Assembly (NCBI GenBank): GCA_973895155.1
Contig: OZ316899.1
Span: 1,759,573 to 1,823,572 of the forward strand
Length of the DNA stretch: 64,000 nucleotides
From: Marsupella aquatica
Taxonomy: Eukaryota > Plantae > Marchantiophyta
Direction: 5' to 3'
Positions 36,501-48,699 of the stretch are shown in pieces. Positions within the stretch are counted from its first letter, which is position 1; the number at the start of each line of letters is the position of its first letter. A program made the translations under genes and the position numbers. A model generated the notes under the pieces. The model had not been told where the DNA came from. It saw nothing but the letters and a program-made list of their open reading frames with translations, and did no database searches.

Positions 36501-36902
36501 GCTATGGAGATAGTGAAGAAGAAGAAGCGAAAACCTTTGGGGTCCGGAGGTTATTCGACCCCTCAAGCCGTACTCAAACCGGTACCAACCTCCGGCATGA
36601 ACACGGCAATAGATCCCGCTATCACCAAAGGTGGGGATGGCGCGGCCCAAGCCGAACTACTCAGTAATGAGGCCGGTATCCCAGATCCACCTCTTGAGCA
36701 GCCCGGGGAGGCCGTGGCCGAAGCTGAGGCCGTAGTCGAGGCTGATGTTGAAGCCGATGCCGTTGCCGGGGGTGGACCCAGTCAGGCCGATGGAGAGTTG
36801 ACTCAGTCAAGGGCAGGTAATCTGTCAGAGAACGAACCTACGGCAGTGGCTGAGGTGGAAGCGTTGGGGGCGTCCACTGAGGAACAACCACCGCTGCCAT
36901 GA
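33518..36902 (+). pseudogene. LTR-encoded PMD-like/coiled-coil ORF, 5' LTR copy
   Basis: ORFs 33518-34264, 34254-35456, 35463-36902 joined by a +1 frameshift near 34260 and TGA 35454 (CGA in the 3' LTR). Confidence 0.85.
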
Positions 36903-37812
36903 CGGTGGTGGAGGGCCGCTCCTTTCAAGGAGGGCGGACGTGGAGGGAGGAGGCGTGAGTGGGCAGGGCGGGCTCAGATCTCTAAGTTTAGGATTAGGAT
37001 CAGGACCAGGAGGCGGCCCTGACACTTAGCTTAGTGGGATTACAGTTTCACTGGTAAGAGCAACACTTGTACTCCTGCCTCGTTGTACATAGGTAGATCC
37101 AGTTAGGTAGATTAGGCTTACGCTGCAAAGAATTAGGCGGATCCACTACCAGGATAAGTACGTGGGCAGCGGGGAGCTCAGGGCCTCTTCTTTAGCAAGT
37201 TTTTAGTTTGCACCAGCCGGGCTGGGATCAAGTAGTAAGAGAAGCTCTCGGTTAGTCATACAGTGACCCTTGTGTATATTCATGTTTCCTCATGCCTAAG
37301 AGCTGAATAGAGTTGGCCTCACGGCTTAGTTCGCAGACCTTGTGTATGAGATGTACTGTTTGTATGGCAAGTGCATGGTATGACTCAGTCAGAAGGAGTC
37401 ATTTTGCTATTTGTATGTCGCATTAACTTGTGTGAAGAGTGCCCACATCAACTAATAGAGGAAGGAAAGTAAGCAGGGGAGTGAGAGTTGGATGTGTCGA
37501 GCTGAGAGAGGTCTTAGCGGCTTAACCAAGCCTATTGGGGATCATTCCGGCGGCGGAATCCAAACATACCTAACAAGACGGAGGGGAAGACAAGGGAAGG
37601 CCTAGATTAGGCCGGCTACGTATCTCATGACCCGATGAAGGATCTGTCCAGTATATGTGTGTAAAATGTTAATAGTAGTAGTAGAAGGAGGTTAGCAGCA
37701 TCCCATGCCGCTAAGCCATGGAAACGGCCTCGCCAAGCGCGAAACCTGCGGGAATCGGCTTGCGCTGGGGGGGTTTCTTGGGTTTAGGGAGCCATGGGAC
37801 GCACCACATTTT

Positions 37813-37829
37813 TGGCGCTAGATGGAGGG
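37813..37829 (+). promoter_or_regulatory. PBS, probably tRNA-Asn
   Basis: TGGCGCTAGATGGAGGG 4 nt after the LTR; one mismatch to the complement of plant tRNA-Asn 3' end as recalled. Confidence 0.7.
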
Positions 37830-37877
37830 GGCATTTCTTAAGCCGTGAGATATGAAGTTAGAAAGGAAGCATAGGTA

Positions 37878-39862
37878 ATGACTGACCTTACGCCGAGGGA
37901 AGAAAGAGTGATTCAACGAGAGAGAGCTTGACTGCAGCAGCTCGCCGAGTGGCATGATACACAGCGACTGAGAGGAGCAGAAAGAGCTGGTAGCTCTGAA
38001 GCTGGAATGGCGTCGAAGAAGACATACCAGAAGAAGAGTCGGTAGGAAGAAACGAGTACCCAACCGACATGGGGGAACCAGAGGCACGGCTAGACGAGAG
38101 GCCAAGGACCAGACTGAGCCAACGGTCGCGCATTCATTACAAGGCATTTCATGGGAGAGGAGATGAGGATCCGGACGAATGGTTGGATGATTTCGAGGGA
38201 ACCGCTGCAGCAAATGGAGAATCGGCCATCAAGATGCAGATTCTTCCCGGCCTGTTCAAGGGTGAGGCTAGGCCTTGGTACAGAGCATTGGATGTGGAAG
38301 ATCAAGCTATCTGGGATATCTTCAAAACACTATTTGTTAAGGAGTTTCGACCCATTGGAACTTCAGAACTAGCAGTGCTGAAATTGGGACGACTTCGGTT
38401 CAAGGAGAACAAATCCTTCAGGAAGTTCTTGCAACGCTTTCAGAAACTGGTAAGACGTACAAAGACCAATGCATCTGAAGGTATGCAACTTCAATGGTTG
38501 GTGAATGCTTTGCCACAGAAGATGAGTTTTGCAATTAGGAAGGAGAACCCGGAGACCTTGGCCGAGGCAATTAAGGATATTCAATTATACATTAATGCAG
38601 ATATCACAAGCCGGAAGAAACAGCTTAAGTCTGAGAGTTCCTCATCAAAGGAGGGATCACCCCATAAGAAAAAAGATAAGAAGAACAAACATTCTAAGAA
38701 GTCAAGAAGTGATAACTCAAGCTCGGATAGTGGAAGTAGCAAGAGTGAGTCATCTTCTAGTTCTGAAGAAGAAAAAACTAGGAAAAAAAAGGCCAGAAGG
38801 AGAGGGAAGACGAAAGTCAAGCTGGAGGCTAAGCCACCAGATAACATCGTGGCCCTTACCGAGCAACTTAAGGCTATAATTGCAGAGGTAAAGCCGAAGA
38901 AGAAGGTAGTACAGGATGATAGCTCTGTATGGTGTGCCTTATGTTATAAAACCGGACACCATAAAGATGCGTGTCCTAAACTTAATACTAATCATGTTCG
39001 GCATGTGGCCGAGATCAGACCATGTCAGGGAGAAGTAGAGTACTTTCTAGGAGATGCCGTTGATAGTGTTTTCGGCATCAGTGAGACTGGAGCACGAGAC
39101 CTATCCAACAGACCTGCATCTCTGTGGTCAGGATTAAGGAACAACCCGGGAGAGATGTATCCTCGGATTATTCAGAACCCGTCAGTACCTCCTAGGCTGA
39201 ATGTGCAAAGATTTGCGGCATGCTATAACTGTGGTAAACCTGGCCATTTTGCTAGAGAGTGCCCGAATGCACGCAAACAGGGTGATGGACAACCAGCTCA
39301 GCTATGTATGGGATGCCGAAAAGAGGGTCACATGCTAGGACAATGTCCTACTTGGTTGGCAGGCCTGGCCGCAAATCATAAGCTCTTGCCGGTCAAGGTC
39401 TTGCCGCCAGGTACTACCCCAGGAGGAGTTCAAATCAACCACATCGAACTAGGATGGCAAGCAGATGCCGAGGCAGAGTTTGTACCATCTGATGATGAGG
39501 CCGAAGCCCTATCAACCTTCTCAGAAGAGGATTTAGATCATGATTGCTACCGGGTCTCTACTCGATCTACCAGAAGGAAGGAAAGGTGGGATGGACTGGC
39601 CAAAAATAAAGGGAAGGTTAAGGAGGAAAAGATCGACTCTTCGTCAACATCAACGGAAGGAGAAGGGAGGGCTCCGGCAATACAGGTAAGCCATGAGCCC
39701 ACCAGTGAACCCAATCCTTCACAAGATAGCGACTTCAATCGAGATCATCCTAAGTTGTTCTACCCCTCTGTTACGGCTAGTGTTAAGGAACAACTGCGAG
39801 AATTAGAAACCCTGGAGAATACTGAAGCCATAGCCAAGGATATGAAACGAGTAAAAGCATAG
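37878..39862 (+). pseudogene. Gypsy gag with three CCHC knuckles
   Basis: ATG 37878 (1-bp frameshift versus the older copy at 51476) into ORF 38069-39862; FHGRGDEDPDEWLDDF; CALCYKTGHHKDAC, CYNCGKPGHFAREC, CMGCRKEGHMLGQC. Confidence 0.9.
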
Positions 39863-42800
39863 TTTGCTTCGGAAGATCCAACGGCTGTGGGGACTAGCGT
39901 GAAAAAACAGGCCGAATCCAAGATAGAGACACCACTGGAGAAACCGATAGTTCCCTATGACCTGGCTAAAGATGTACTAGAATCTAGAGTCTCGGCAACA
40001 GTAGGTCAACTACTGAAAAATAGCCCGTACTTCCGGAAGCAATTAAGGAAGGCTATTCTCGGCAAGCCAAGATTACCCAAGGTAGCAACCAAATCCGACG
40101 TGCTGATGATAGAAGAAGATCAAGGAGCCCCGGCTTTACCATTAATGATTCAAGGAGAATTATTACTACGGGTACCCATCGATGGAGGATCAGGGGTATG
40201 TATTATGATTGATTCAACAGCAAAGGGGTGGGGTCTAACACCGGAAATGACTGGAAGAGTGTTGAACATGGCCAATGGGTATCAGGTCATTCCCACGGGA
40301 GTGTTAACCGGCATCAAGACAGAGATAGGAGGTATCTTCTTTAGCATTAACTATGTAGTAATGAAGCCGGTAAACCCTACGTCATTTCGGCTATTAATTG
40401 GCAGGCCATGGCTGTACCTAGCCGAGGTAATAGAAGATTGGGGTAAAAAGCAGTTCACTTTCGGGACCCCCTCTATCACGGTATCCTGGGACACTAAGGA
40501 TGACCGTAGGAAAAGCATAAGGGAAGTAGATGGGTACGACAGTGGACTGGAGTCAGCCGATGAAGTACGTTGGCTAGGATGCCTCAATGACCTAACCGAA
40601 GAAAGTGTCTTTGGACCAGAGGTACCCCCCAGTGGATTATGGCAAGAACCATTGGAAGGTGACTTGGAAGAAGAGGACAAAGAGGTCGAGGACTGCTTTA
40701 CAATAGAATCCACCTTTTTAGCTGCAATTCCGGAGGAAGTAAAGGATGTAGACCAATTGGATGAAACGGCTAAGTGGGGAGCAGTAGCAGGGACAGTGGA
40801 TTTTCTGCAGGCGTTGTGGCAGAGCCGACGGGGTCCACAACGCCATCGATCATCGGCAAGGAATTTAATACCAGGGGATCGGCATACAAGCCAATTACGA
40901 GGGCGGAACAAATTGAGGCCCTATTAGAAGCCAGGAGAGCACAGCAGCCTGACCCTCAGGAGGAAGAGGTGGATGAGATGCACAGACAGAATCTAGAGCC
41001 GAGTCAGGATGGGAAGCCAACAAATAATTCAAAACCGAGTAGAACGGCAAGGGGACAATTTGTGGACAACAAGGAAGAAACCGACTCGGCTAGTACAACT
41101 GAGATTCCAGTTTATGGAGGTATGAGACTAGAGAGGCTGGAAGCCGAGCTGGACCCGAATTTGAAGAAGCAGATTAATATGATCCAAGCGCGGCAATATC
41201 GGAAGCTCGACTTAGGAGAGGGAAGGGAACTGAACTTAGGGAGAAACCTAGCACCTGAGCTCGAGAAAGAGATCAGTGACTTATTGATTGAATTTCAGGA
41301 TGTGTTTGCATGGAGTCACCAAGATCTAAAGGGAGTAGATCCAACATTAGGGGAACATCGAATTGATCTCATGTTAGGAGCCAAATCATTTTGACAACCA
41401 ATTCGAAGGATGAACCCGAAGTATTCCCTGCTGGTCAAAACGGAAATCGACAAACTAGTGGAAGCTGGATTCATCACTCCAGTCCTGCATTCAGACTGGG
41501 TGTCTCCAATTGTGATAGTTCCCAAGAAAGCTGGACCCGATGGTAAACCCAAGATCCGGGTTTGTCAGGATTACAGGAAGCTGAATGAAGCGACGTTAAA
41601 AGACCATTTTCCCTTACCCTTTACTGATATGGTACTAGACATGGTAGCCAGTCATGAACTATATTCATTCATGGATGGGTACTCTGGTTATAACCAAATC
41701 AGGATTCGGCAGGAAGACCAAATCAAGACGGCCTTCATCACGGAATGGGGGATCTATGACTTCAATCGTATGCCGTTTGGACTCTGCAACGCACCAGCTA
41801 TGTTCCAACGATTGATGGTGAACATTTTTCATGATTACTTGATAAAGTTCATGGAAATCTTCATTGATGACTTTGCAGTATTCGGGAAGGCATCGAAACA
41901 TGCTAAATACCTCAGGAAAACCTTCATGAGATGCAGAGAGGTAGGTCTCAAGTTACACCCAGATAAATGTTTCTTTGCAGTAACCGAGGGGGTGCTACTA
42001 GGTCACAAGGTATCAAGGAAGGGCATTGAGATTGACAAAGGTAAGCTAGCAGTATGGCTAGATATCATGCAACCTAAGAACATAAAGGATGTAAGATCCT
42101 TCTTAGGATGCATTGGTTACTATCGCCGGTTCATCAAGGATTTTGCCAAGCTAGCTTTACCATTAACCAACATGCTCAAGGCAGGAGCAGACTTTGAACC
42201 CACACCCGAACGAGTAACAGCGGTGGTAGAATTGAAGCAGATGTTAGTAGAGGCCCCCGTCATGATAGCACCGGACTGGAACAAAGATTTTCATGTTTTT
42301 GTAGATGTCTCGGGCTTCTATATCGGCTCAGTACTAAGTCAGTTGGATGAGAAAGGAAGGGACCATGCCATATACTTCGCAAGCCGTCAAATTGCCGATG
42401 CCGAACGGAACTACTCCACCACAGAGAGAGAAGCATTAGGAGTCATTTATTCCTGTAAAAAGTTTAGGCATTATTTACTAGGGTACAAGGTAATCTTTCA
42501 TACCGATCATGAAAGTTTGAAGTACCTAGTCAATAAGCCGGACCTTACAGGCAGAGTAGCAAGATGGATTTTGCTATTACAGGAGTTTGACTATGAGCTG
42601 AGGATCAAGCCGGGAAAGTTACACGCCAATGCCGACTTCTTTTCAAGAATCACAGGTGAACCTGCCACGGATTGCATCGACGATCGATTCCCCGACGAGG
42701 AGCTATTCGTTGTGGAAATAGCTGATACATGGTACCCTGAGATTTTACATTTTCTCAGCACTTCCAGATTACAGCCAGGGCTAACCCGAAAACAAGCCGC

Positions 42801-44040
42801 AGTCTTTCTGTGGAAGGTCAAACAGTATCAGTACATTAAGGGTGTACTACACAGGTATGGAATCAGCGGCACTATTCAAAGGTGTTTAGAAAAGGGAGAG
42901 GTAAAATGAGTCTTACGGGCTATGCATGGAGAAGAAGCCGGCGGACATTTTGCTCCAGTAACCACGTCTAAAAAGATATTAAATGCCGGTTACTGGTGGC
43001 CCACCTTGCACAAGGATGTCTATCAGTTCATCAAACAATGTGATCCTTGTCAGCGAGCAGGAGGACCAAGGGCGTCTACAAGACATCCATTGCACCCTAT
43101 TCTACCCCTGGCACCATTTGAGAAGTGGGGTATTGATTACATTGGACCGCTGAAACCATTAACCCATCCTCGGAGAAACAAGTATATAATCCTGGCCACG
43201 GATTATGCAACTAAGTGGGTGGAGGCCAGACCGACAACGAAGGATGATGCAATTACTACGGCTAGATTCATGTATGAGCAGATCTTCACCAGGTATGGAG
43301 CACCCCTAGAATTAGTTAGTGATAGAGGAACCCATTTTCTGAATGATATAATTAGTCATTTAAATGAGCAGTATTTAGTTAGACATAGGCCTACTACTCC
43401 CTACCATCCAAAGGCAAATGGGTTGACAAAACGAGCAAACGGAATTATAGGAAAGATATTGAACAAGACAGTAGCTCAGAACAAACTCGATTGGGATGAT
43501 AAATTATTTGCTGCTGTTTTTGCTTATAATTTAGCCTATAAAACCACTACCGGTCATACACCCTTCTTCTTAACCTTTGGACAAGAAGCCCTGGTACCCA
43601 TGCAACTTGAGATACCGACAATTCAAGTTACAATTGAGGAAAGAGCCTCAGCGGAGGAGAGCCTAAAGGAGCGAGAATATAGATTAGAAGCTTTAGAGGA
43701 GGCAAGAATGATTTCAGCTGAGAGAATAGAATATAGACAAAAAACCATGAAGCAGCAGTATGATAAAAAGTTGAAACCAGTTAGTATTCACACCGGTGAT
43801 CTTGTATTACTTTATGATAGTAGGTATAGTAAGTTTCCAGGTAAGCTTTACACTCGCTGGTTAGGACCCTTTAGAGTAACCATGAAGTTCTCCAATGGCT
43901 CCGTACAATTGGCCAACATTACGGGAGAAGTGTATCCAGTTCGCATCCATTATGACCGCCTCAAGAAATACTATATGGACGAAGATGAAGTTGTTCGCGA
44001 GGACGCTTCACAATTAAGTGGGGAGCTATGTGATGCCTAG
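39863..44040 (+). pseudogene. Gypsy pol (PR-RT-RH-IN), disrupted
   Basis: PIDGGSG protease; KDHFPLPF/FIDDF RT; DVSG/EALG/TDH RH; H2C2, WGIDYIG, GPF integrase; frameshifts near 40900 and 41390; TGA 42907. Confidence 0.93.
44014..44028 (+). promoter_or_regulatory. Polypurine tract of the young Gypsy
   Basis: ttaagtggggagcta immediately before TGTG of the 3' LTR. Confidence 0.8.
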
Positions 44041-44143
44041 CCAGGAATCACTCGGCCAGTTAAGTGGGTAAAGTAGGAGTGCACCCTAGAAACACCTTAG
44101 TATAGGGACAAAACAAGGAAAATATAAACAATTAGGGACGACT

Positions 44144-47100
44144 ATGGAACCCGGGCCGAGGCCAGAGGTAAGGACGCTGGGGGTGAAAACAAGATTAGGG
44201 TTAGGGCGCGCTAAGCGTCGGCGGGTAGGAAGGATCAACGGGAGGAAGGACCGGAAGAGGAGAGGGGTAAGGAGCGCTTGCAGGGAATGGTGGCTCATTT
44301 GCGAGCACGAACTAGGCAGACAACTACGGGAGGCCAACTATTGTCAGCTGCTTAGGCAAGCACTCGGGGAGAGAGTAGATACCGACGATCGACCTAAGGA
44401 GGGTATGAGCAACGTCAATCAAGCGGCACATTTCTGGGGATGCCTGTTCGAACGGGCAACTGAGTACATCAAGACTTACGAGGACGAAGAATCAGAAAGG
44501 GCAGCTCGAGAACGGCAGGAGCTCGCTCGATTGTGGGAGTTGCAGAAGACGGCTTTCTTAGGAGGCGAACTCATCAAGGCCGAGTTCTTGTGGACTCCTA
44601 CTTCCAATCAGCTCGACGATGTTCTGTTTTGCGAAGATAGAGTCGTCGGCATCCGAGAAGCCATCAAACGCTGCAACAACATACACTGGGAGTTGAAGGG
44701 TAGCACGGAGGGGTGGACAAAGGCAACCGTGCTAGGAGAGACATCCACGGGAGCCGAAATGAAGAGGAAGGGAGCCGTCAACGATGAAGCCACCCCGGCA
44801 AAAAGAACGAGGTCGGCGGCACCAAAGAAGCCAGCCGAGCAGCAGAGCAAGAGGCAAGGAGAAGCCGAAGAGGAGGACGATCCCATCAATGCCATTCCAA
44901 CCAGGGATGACACCTGGAAAGGCTGGGCGGCAACCCTACCAGAGGAGGTGCAACTACATTTTGCACGGGAGGAGGATGCATGCTTTACGGCCATGCAGAC
45001 CAAGAAGTACCAAGGCTTCATGGCCGGATCCGGCTTAGAGGCCTTTGTAAGATTACCATGGCTGAAGCCGGAGGTGCCGGATTCAGACCTATTAGAATTC
45101 GTGGGGTCATGGGAACCCGAGACCAATTCCACGAGGATATATGGGAAGGATTTCTATCTTACTCCCAAGGTGATTGCCAAAGTGTTTGGCTTGCCGATAG
45201 GCAATAAGACCAAAGTTGATACCAGGAAGACCTTGCCTGACAAGGAGTTCCGGTCGTTCCCCGGGCCATCAACGAAGAATGGCTTCTTCCGGAACACCTG
45301 CACCAACCCGCACATAGGAGAGATGATCGACTTCTTGCGGGTGACCATGCATTGTAACTTGCCGAGGGCAGAGATCGGCAAGGCACAGGTCTATCTGGCA
45401 GAGAGGCCAGACCCAAGCCGGGACTACAACGGGTACCTCCTCAACCAATTGAAGAAGATCTTAAAGGAGGAGCAGCAGGTAATCGGCCTGGGGAGCGTGT
45501 CGCAGCTTGGCTATCACATGCCGCTGTTGTGCCGGTATGCCAGAGGTCAGACCTTTGCCCCAGTACTTCCCCTGTAGGTAAGGGCACCCGAGGAAGCTCC
45601 AGCACCGAGGCCGGTAGCAGAGAAGCCTCAACCACCTGTTAGCCCTACGATTGAGCAGGTGTTTAGGCCAAGGAAGGAAGACTTGCCGATGCAGCAACCA
45701 AGCATGCAGAATCTGCTGAAAATGCTGGAGAAGGAAAAGACGGCACTGGCACCAGCTTTGGCAGCGGCACCAATACAGGACACTGCCCCAGAGGTCAACC
45801 TAAGCAGACTTAGAAGGGAAAACCCCTTTACCGGAAATAAGGAGAGAATCAGGCCGGAATCCAAGCCAGGTGTTCGAATGTATGTGGGAATCTCAAGCTC
45901 CGAATTTGAGGCAGAATTGCCTGAAGCTCCTACCGACGAAGAGGAGAGGGAGAAGCCGGACGTCCAAGAAGTAGAGGAGGCAGTGGAGGACTGCAGCCAT
46001 GATAATTCCGGCTATGGGTCGGACCATCACGTTCCAGGAGTAAGGACCTGTGGCCGGTTTGTCCCCACACTTCCAAGGGTAGTGCGAGGGGACCCCAACC
46101 AGCAGAGTAGCCCTGAGTCTCCCCCACCAGATGTTGCTCCCCCGAGCTTTGACGGCATAAAACAGACGGCACAGGAATTCCAGGAGCGACTTAGGGAAGC
46201 AGAAAAGGCAGCCCTGGCTAGGGAAAAGGATTTGCCAGGAGGAGATTGGCCGGAGGACATCAGGCGGCTAGCCAAAAAAGGAAGAAAACCTCTAGCCACG
46301 ATTGAAGAGATCCGCAAGACGGCTTGGGAGCAGAGGCCGCGATGGGCGATGCCGATCACTTCTACTTACTCCACCTACACTAAAAATAGAGCCATGGAGT
46401 ATGGTGAGATATGTGGGGAACTTGCGCTTGGCATCTTTGGGGAGGAGTTGGAGGTAGGACACTTTTTCCATAGGGAGCAGTTGGAGAAGCACCAATTAGA
46501 AGAAGCGGTGGCTTTAGAGAGAAGCAAGAAGGACGAGGTCATCCGACGGCTTAGGAGGATGGAAGCCGAGATTGAAGATCTAAGGGCGGCCAAGAAAGCC
46601 CAAGATGAACTGCGGATTAAGCGGCATGAGCTGAACATCATGCAGGGGAAGTTGGACACCGCGCAGGCTGATAATCAGATTATCAAGGATAAACTGACTC
46701 AGACCCAGAGAGAATTGGCCGACGCAATCAAGGACAGGGAGAAATGGAAGAAGGAGCTGAGAGACGCAGAGGAGGCCCATATAGCAGTCAACAACCGGGT
46801 CACGGCGGAGACTCAGAGAAGGGAGAGGGCGCTGAAGGAAGAGGTCGAGGTCATCCGCAGAGCCCTTGAGCAGAAGGAGGCCGAGTTAGGGAAATCCTAT
46901 CAAGGGATTATTGCGCTACAGCAGGAGCTTGCGTCCCTGATGGCCAGCTTCAAGGCCGACCTGCGGGAGAAGGACGCCCAGCTCGACCAGACCTATGCCA
47001 AGATGAATAACATGGAGTCTGAGGTCGTAGCGGAGCTCGACAAGGAGCTAAGAGCAACCCAGGAGGAGAGGGCTACCACCAAGAAGGAATTGGAGGAAGC

Positions 47101-47788
47101 CCACAGGGAATTGGAGGAAGCCAAAAACAAGCTGGAGGAGGCACGTAAGGACCTGGATGAGACCCAGGAGGAGTTGGAGGAAATCACAAGGAAGATGGAG
47201 AACCTACAACGGCGGACCGACAACCAAACAGAGCGGCTGAAGAAACAAGCCGTAGTATTTAAATGCTTAGCTGCATCAGGTCCATCTCCCGTTGGGGCAA
47301 ACCAGTTACCCGGGGTGGTAATTGCCGAAGGACCAGCCGTGACACACGGCCCGGTGCCGGACGTTGGCGGCAAGGGGAAGGAACCGGCTATGGAGATAGT
47401 GAAGAAGAAGAAGCGAAAACCTTTGGGGTCCGGAGGTTATTCGACCCCTCAAGCCGTACTCAAACCGGTACCAACCTCCGGCATGAACACGGCAATAGAT
47501 CCCGCTATCACCAAAGGTGGGGATGGCGCGGCCCAAGCCGAACTACTCAGTAATGAGGCCGGTATCCCAGATCCACCTCTTGAGCAGGCCGGGGAGGCCG
47601 TGGCCGAAGCTGAGGCCGTAGCCGAGGCTGATGTTGAAGCCGATGCCGTTGCCGGGGGTGGACCCAGTCAGGCCGATGGAGAGTTGACTCAGTCAAGGGC
47701 AGGTAATCTGTTAGAGAACGAACCTACGGCAGTGGCTGAGGTGGAAGCGTTGGGGGCGTCCACTGAGGAACAACCACCACTGCCATGA
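44144..47788 (+). pseudogene. LTR-encoded PMD-like/coiled-coil ORF, 3' LTR copy
   Basis: ORFs 44144-45577 and 45659-47788 share a frame, separated only by TAG 45575; LLEFVGSWEPETNSTRIYGKDFYLTPKVIAKVFGLP; long heptad-rich C-terminal half. Confidence 0.85.
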
Positions 47789-48699
47789 CGGTGGTGGAGG
47801 GCCGCTCCTTTCAAGGAGGGCGGACGTGGAGGGAGGAGGCGTGAGTGGGCAGGGCGGGCTCAGATCTCTAAGTTTAGGATTAGGATCAGGACCAGGAGGC
47901 GGCCCTGACACTTAGCTTAGTGGGATTGCAGTTCCACTGGTAAGAGCAACACTTGTACTCCTGCCTCGTTGTACATAGGTAGATCCAGTTAGGTAGATTA
48001 GGCTTACGCTGCAAAGAATTAGGCGGATCCACTACCAGGATAAGTACGTGGGCAGCGGGGAGCTCAGGGCCTCTTCTTTAGCAAGTTTTTAGTTTGCACC
48101 AGCCGGGCTGGGATCAAGTAGTAAGAGAAGCTCTCGGTTAGTCATACAGTGACCCTTGTGTATATTCATGTTTCCTCATGCCTAAGAGCTGAATAGAGTT
48201 GGCCTCATGGCTTAGTTCGCAGACCTTGTGTATGAGATGTACTGTTTGTATGGCAAGTGCATGGTATGACTCAGTCAGAAGGAGTCATTTTGCTATTTGT
48301 GTGTCGCATTAACTTGTGTGAAGAGTGCCCACATCAACTAATAGAGGAAGGAAAGTAAGCAGGGGAGTGAGAGTTGGATGTGTCGAGCTGAGAGAGGTCT
48401 TAGCGGCTTAACCAAGCCTATTGGGGATCATTCCGGCGGCGGAATCCAAACATACCTAACAAGATGGAGGGGAAGACAAGGGAAGGCCTAGATTAGGCCG
48501 GCTACGTATCTCATGATCCGATGAAGGATCTGTCCAGTATATGTGTGTAAAATGTTAATAGTAGTAGTAGAAGGAGGTTAGCAGCGTCCCATGCCGCTAA
48601 GCCGTGGAAACGGCCTCGCCAAGCGCGAAACCTGCGGGAATCGGCTTGCGCTGGGGGGGTTTCTTGGGTTTAGGGAGCCATGGGACGCACCACAGTAGT

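Larger units (their letters stand above)
33142..48694 (+). mobile_element. Full-length non-chromovirus Ty3/Gypsy (Athila-like pol, no aRH), 15.55 kb, with protein-coding 4.67-kb LTRs
   Basis: LTRs 33142-37808 and 44029-48694 (TGTG...CACA); TSD GTAGT 33137-33141 and 48695-48699; PBS, gag, PR-RT-RH-IN, PPT. Confidence 0.95.

Noticed and set aside
39860-39862. Programmed gag-pol stop-codon readthrough
   Set aside because: TAG is in frame, but the following TTTGCT is not a CARYYA-type context and CAG-to-TAG decay is common here; needs other copies
45659-47788. env-like gene
   Set aside because: No signal peptide or hydrophobic transmembrane segment seen; the protein is charged coiled-coil and lies inside the LTR
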